This document shows, piece after piece, positions 62,791 to 64,000 of a stretch of DNA of 64,000 nucleotides (position 1 is the first letter of the stretch; the number at the start of each line of letters is the position of its first letter). The notes beneath the pieces were generated by a model. The model did no database searches. It was given only the letters and a program-made list of their open reading frames with translations, and was not told the DNA's origin. The position numbers and the translations under genes are program-made. This DNA comes from Glycera tridactyla. Its lineage: Eukaryota. The DNA is taken from the NCBI GenBank assembly GCA_965644265.1, contig OZ286476.1:22444001-22508000 (forward strand), written 5' to 3'.

Positions 62791-63269
62791 TGATCATAAT
62801 ATCCATTTTATTTCAGTTTCAAGGCTTCATACTACGTACTCCATCATACAGCAAGGTAGCAGTGTGTGTATATATGTGTCCATGTTGATCAGCAGTAGTA
62901 CATCTCCTTAAACGGTAAGTGCATAAGTGACGTTGAACTGTGATATTCATTCAATCCACACCCTGTTGCCAGCCACTCACCCCACTCTCTACACATATCA
63001 TCATCAACCAAGAATTACAAATGAATAAACACAGTTTTAAAGTCGTACATCCCAGATATGGTTTAGATTATATTAGTTCCAGTTTATTCACGTACGGTGT
63101 CAACTTTTTGGATGTATGCAGGTATATATCTGCTAGTATCACAAATTCCGCTATTCAGTAATGGGTTCTATTCAAAGTCCAGTATGTGAAGAAATAGTTT
63201 GTTGGTCAAGTTCATTTATTATGTTATTCTCATGCATATACTAATCTTAACTTGTCATTGTAGGTAATC

Positions 63270-64000
63270 ATGGAGGATAATGATTCCAGCGATGGACAAC
63301 AGTCAACTACTACTGACACTGTCATGCCATCGACTTCAAATGATAAGCAAGAGTCTCACCATACATCAAGAGTATGTGGAAGACGTGCAACAAAAAGGGC
63401 AAGGTCGAGAGGCAGATCTAGTGAATGGGCATCCAAAGTCCGCAGAAGGAATGTCAGACCTCATCCAGACTCACTGACATCTCGACAGCGTTTAGATGAT
63501 GTAAGCATAGACAATAGTCAATATTCATTAGTCCGCCATAACGTCAGACCATTTATAAACGGATTAGGTGTCAGTATATCATTTGATTTGATTTTCTCAA
63601 GCAAACTCATTCAGTCGAATCCTAGACTGATGGACGTGAAGGACATTCTAGAGTCGGTGTTTGATGAGATTCTGACTACATTATCACAAAATACACAGTC
63701 AGATGCTCTTGTGAGAATTGTTCTGTTTCAACAGGAATTAGACTCACCGATGGTTGTGCCACTGAGGAAATTGAAGATGATGAATAGTTCACATATTCTG
63801 AACACCATAAGCAATTTATCACAGTCTAAGAAAAATGTCAGGCTAGATGAATCTCTACAAATAAAGGTTGAGATCATTCACAGTATGGAGGGTGGTGCAA
63901 GATATTCGATATCTTGCGAAAATGATAGAGACAGTAAGAGGTCTATCGTAGTCGTTAAGAATGACGATCATCTATGTTTGATACGAGCCATTTTCATTTC
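63270..64000 (+). CDS. polB: Protein-primed DNA polymerase B of Polinton, N-terminal part (open to the window end; missing from the ORF track)
   Basis: Stop-free frame from ATG 63270. VRIVLFQQELDSPMVVP...ILNTISNLSQS..LDESLQIKV..EGG...KRSIVVVKNDDHLCLIRAI resembles the N-terminal region of Polinton pPolB ORFs. Confidence 0.8.
   Translation, partial: MEDNDSSDGQQSTTTDTVMPSTSNDKQESHHTSRVCGRRATKRARSRGRSSEWASKVRRRNVRPHPDSLTSRQRLDDVSIDNSQYSLVRHNVRPFINGLGVSISFDLIFSSKLIQSNPRLMDVKDILESVFDEILTTLSQNTQSDALVRIVLFQQELDSPMVVPLRKLKMMNSSHILNTISNLSQSKKNVRLDESLQIKVEIIHSMEGGARYSISCENDRDSKRSIVVVKNDDHLCLIRAIFI

Larger units (their letters stand above)
61601..64000 (+). mobile_element. Polinton/Maverick, left end (continues beyond the window)
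   Basis: Host-repeat homology stops exactly at AGTAGT (61601-61606), a typical Polinton terminus. A pPolB-like ORF follows. Predicted 6-bp TSD is TTGTGT. Confidence 0.75.

Overview
This is eukaryotic, repeat-rich DNA, probably from a marine invertebrate (inference from the transposon families present). It contains four N gaps and no intact host protein-coding gene. The background sequence reads as a decayed plus-strand array of LRR/Toll-like-receptor-like (LRR-LRRCT-TM-TIR) gene remnants, expanded by at least two tandem duplications (~4470-26520 vs ~26530-36840; ~39240-42100 vs ~42360-45900). Mobile elements inserted into this array: a 5'-truncated CR1-group LINE (11216-13811); a Penelope-like element inserted at a (TA)n tract (14193-22794), itself split by a CR1-group LINE with an uninterrupted 975-aa ORF2 (16031-20391); an RT-deleted DIRS element with complete ITR/ICR (56146-61368); a hAT MITE; tRNA-derived SINEs; and a hammerhead-like foldback insertion. 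From 61601 to the window end lies the left end of a Polinton/Maverick, with an AGTAGT terminus, a tRNA-Ile(AAT) gene 156 bp inside the end, a zinc-finger ORF and the N-terminus of a protein-primed PolB. All calls come from manual motif reading and hand alignment; no database search was run.
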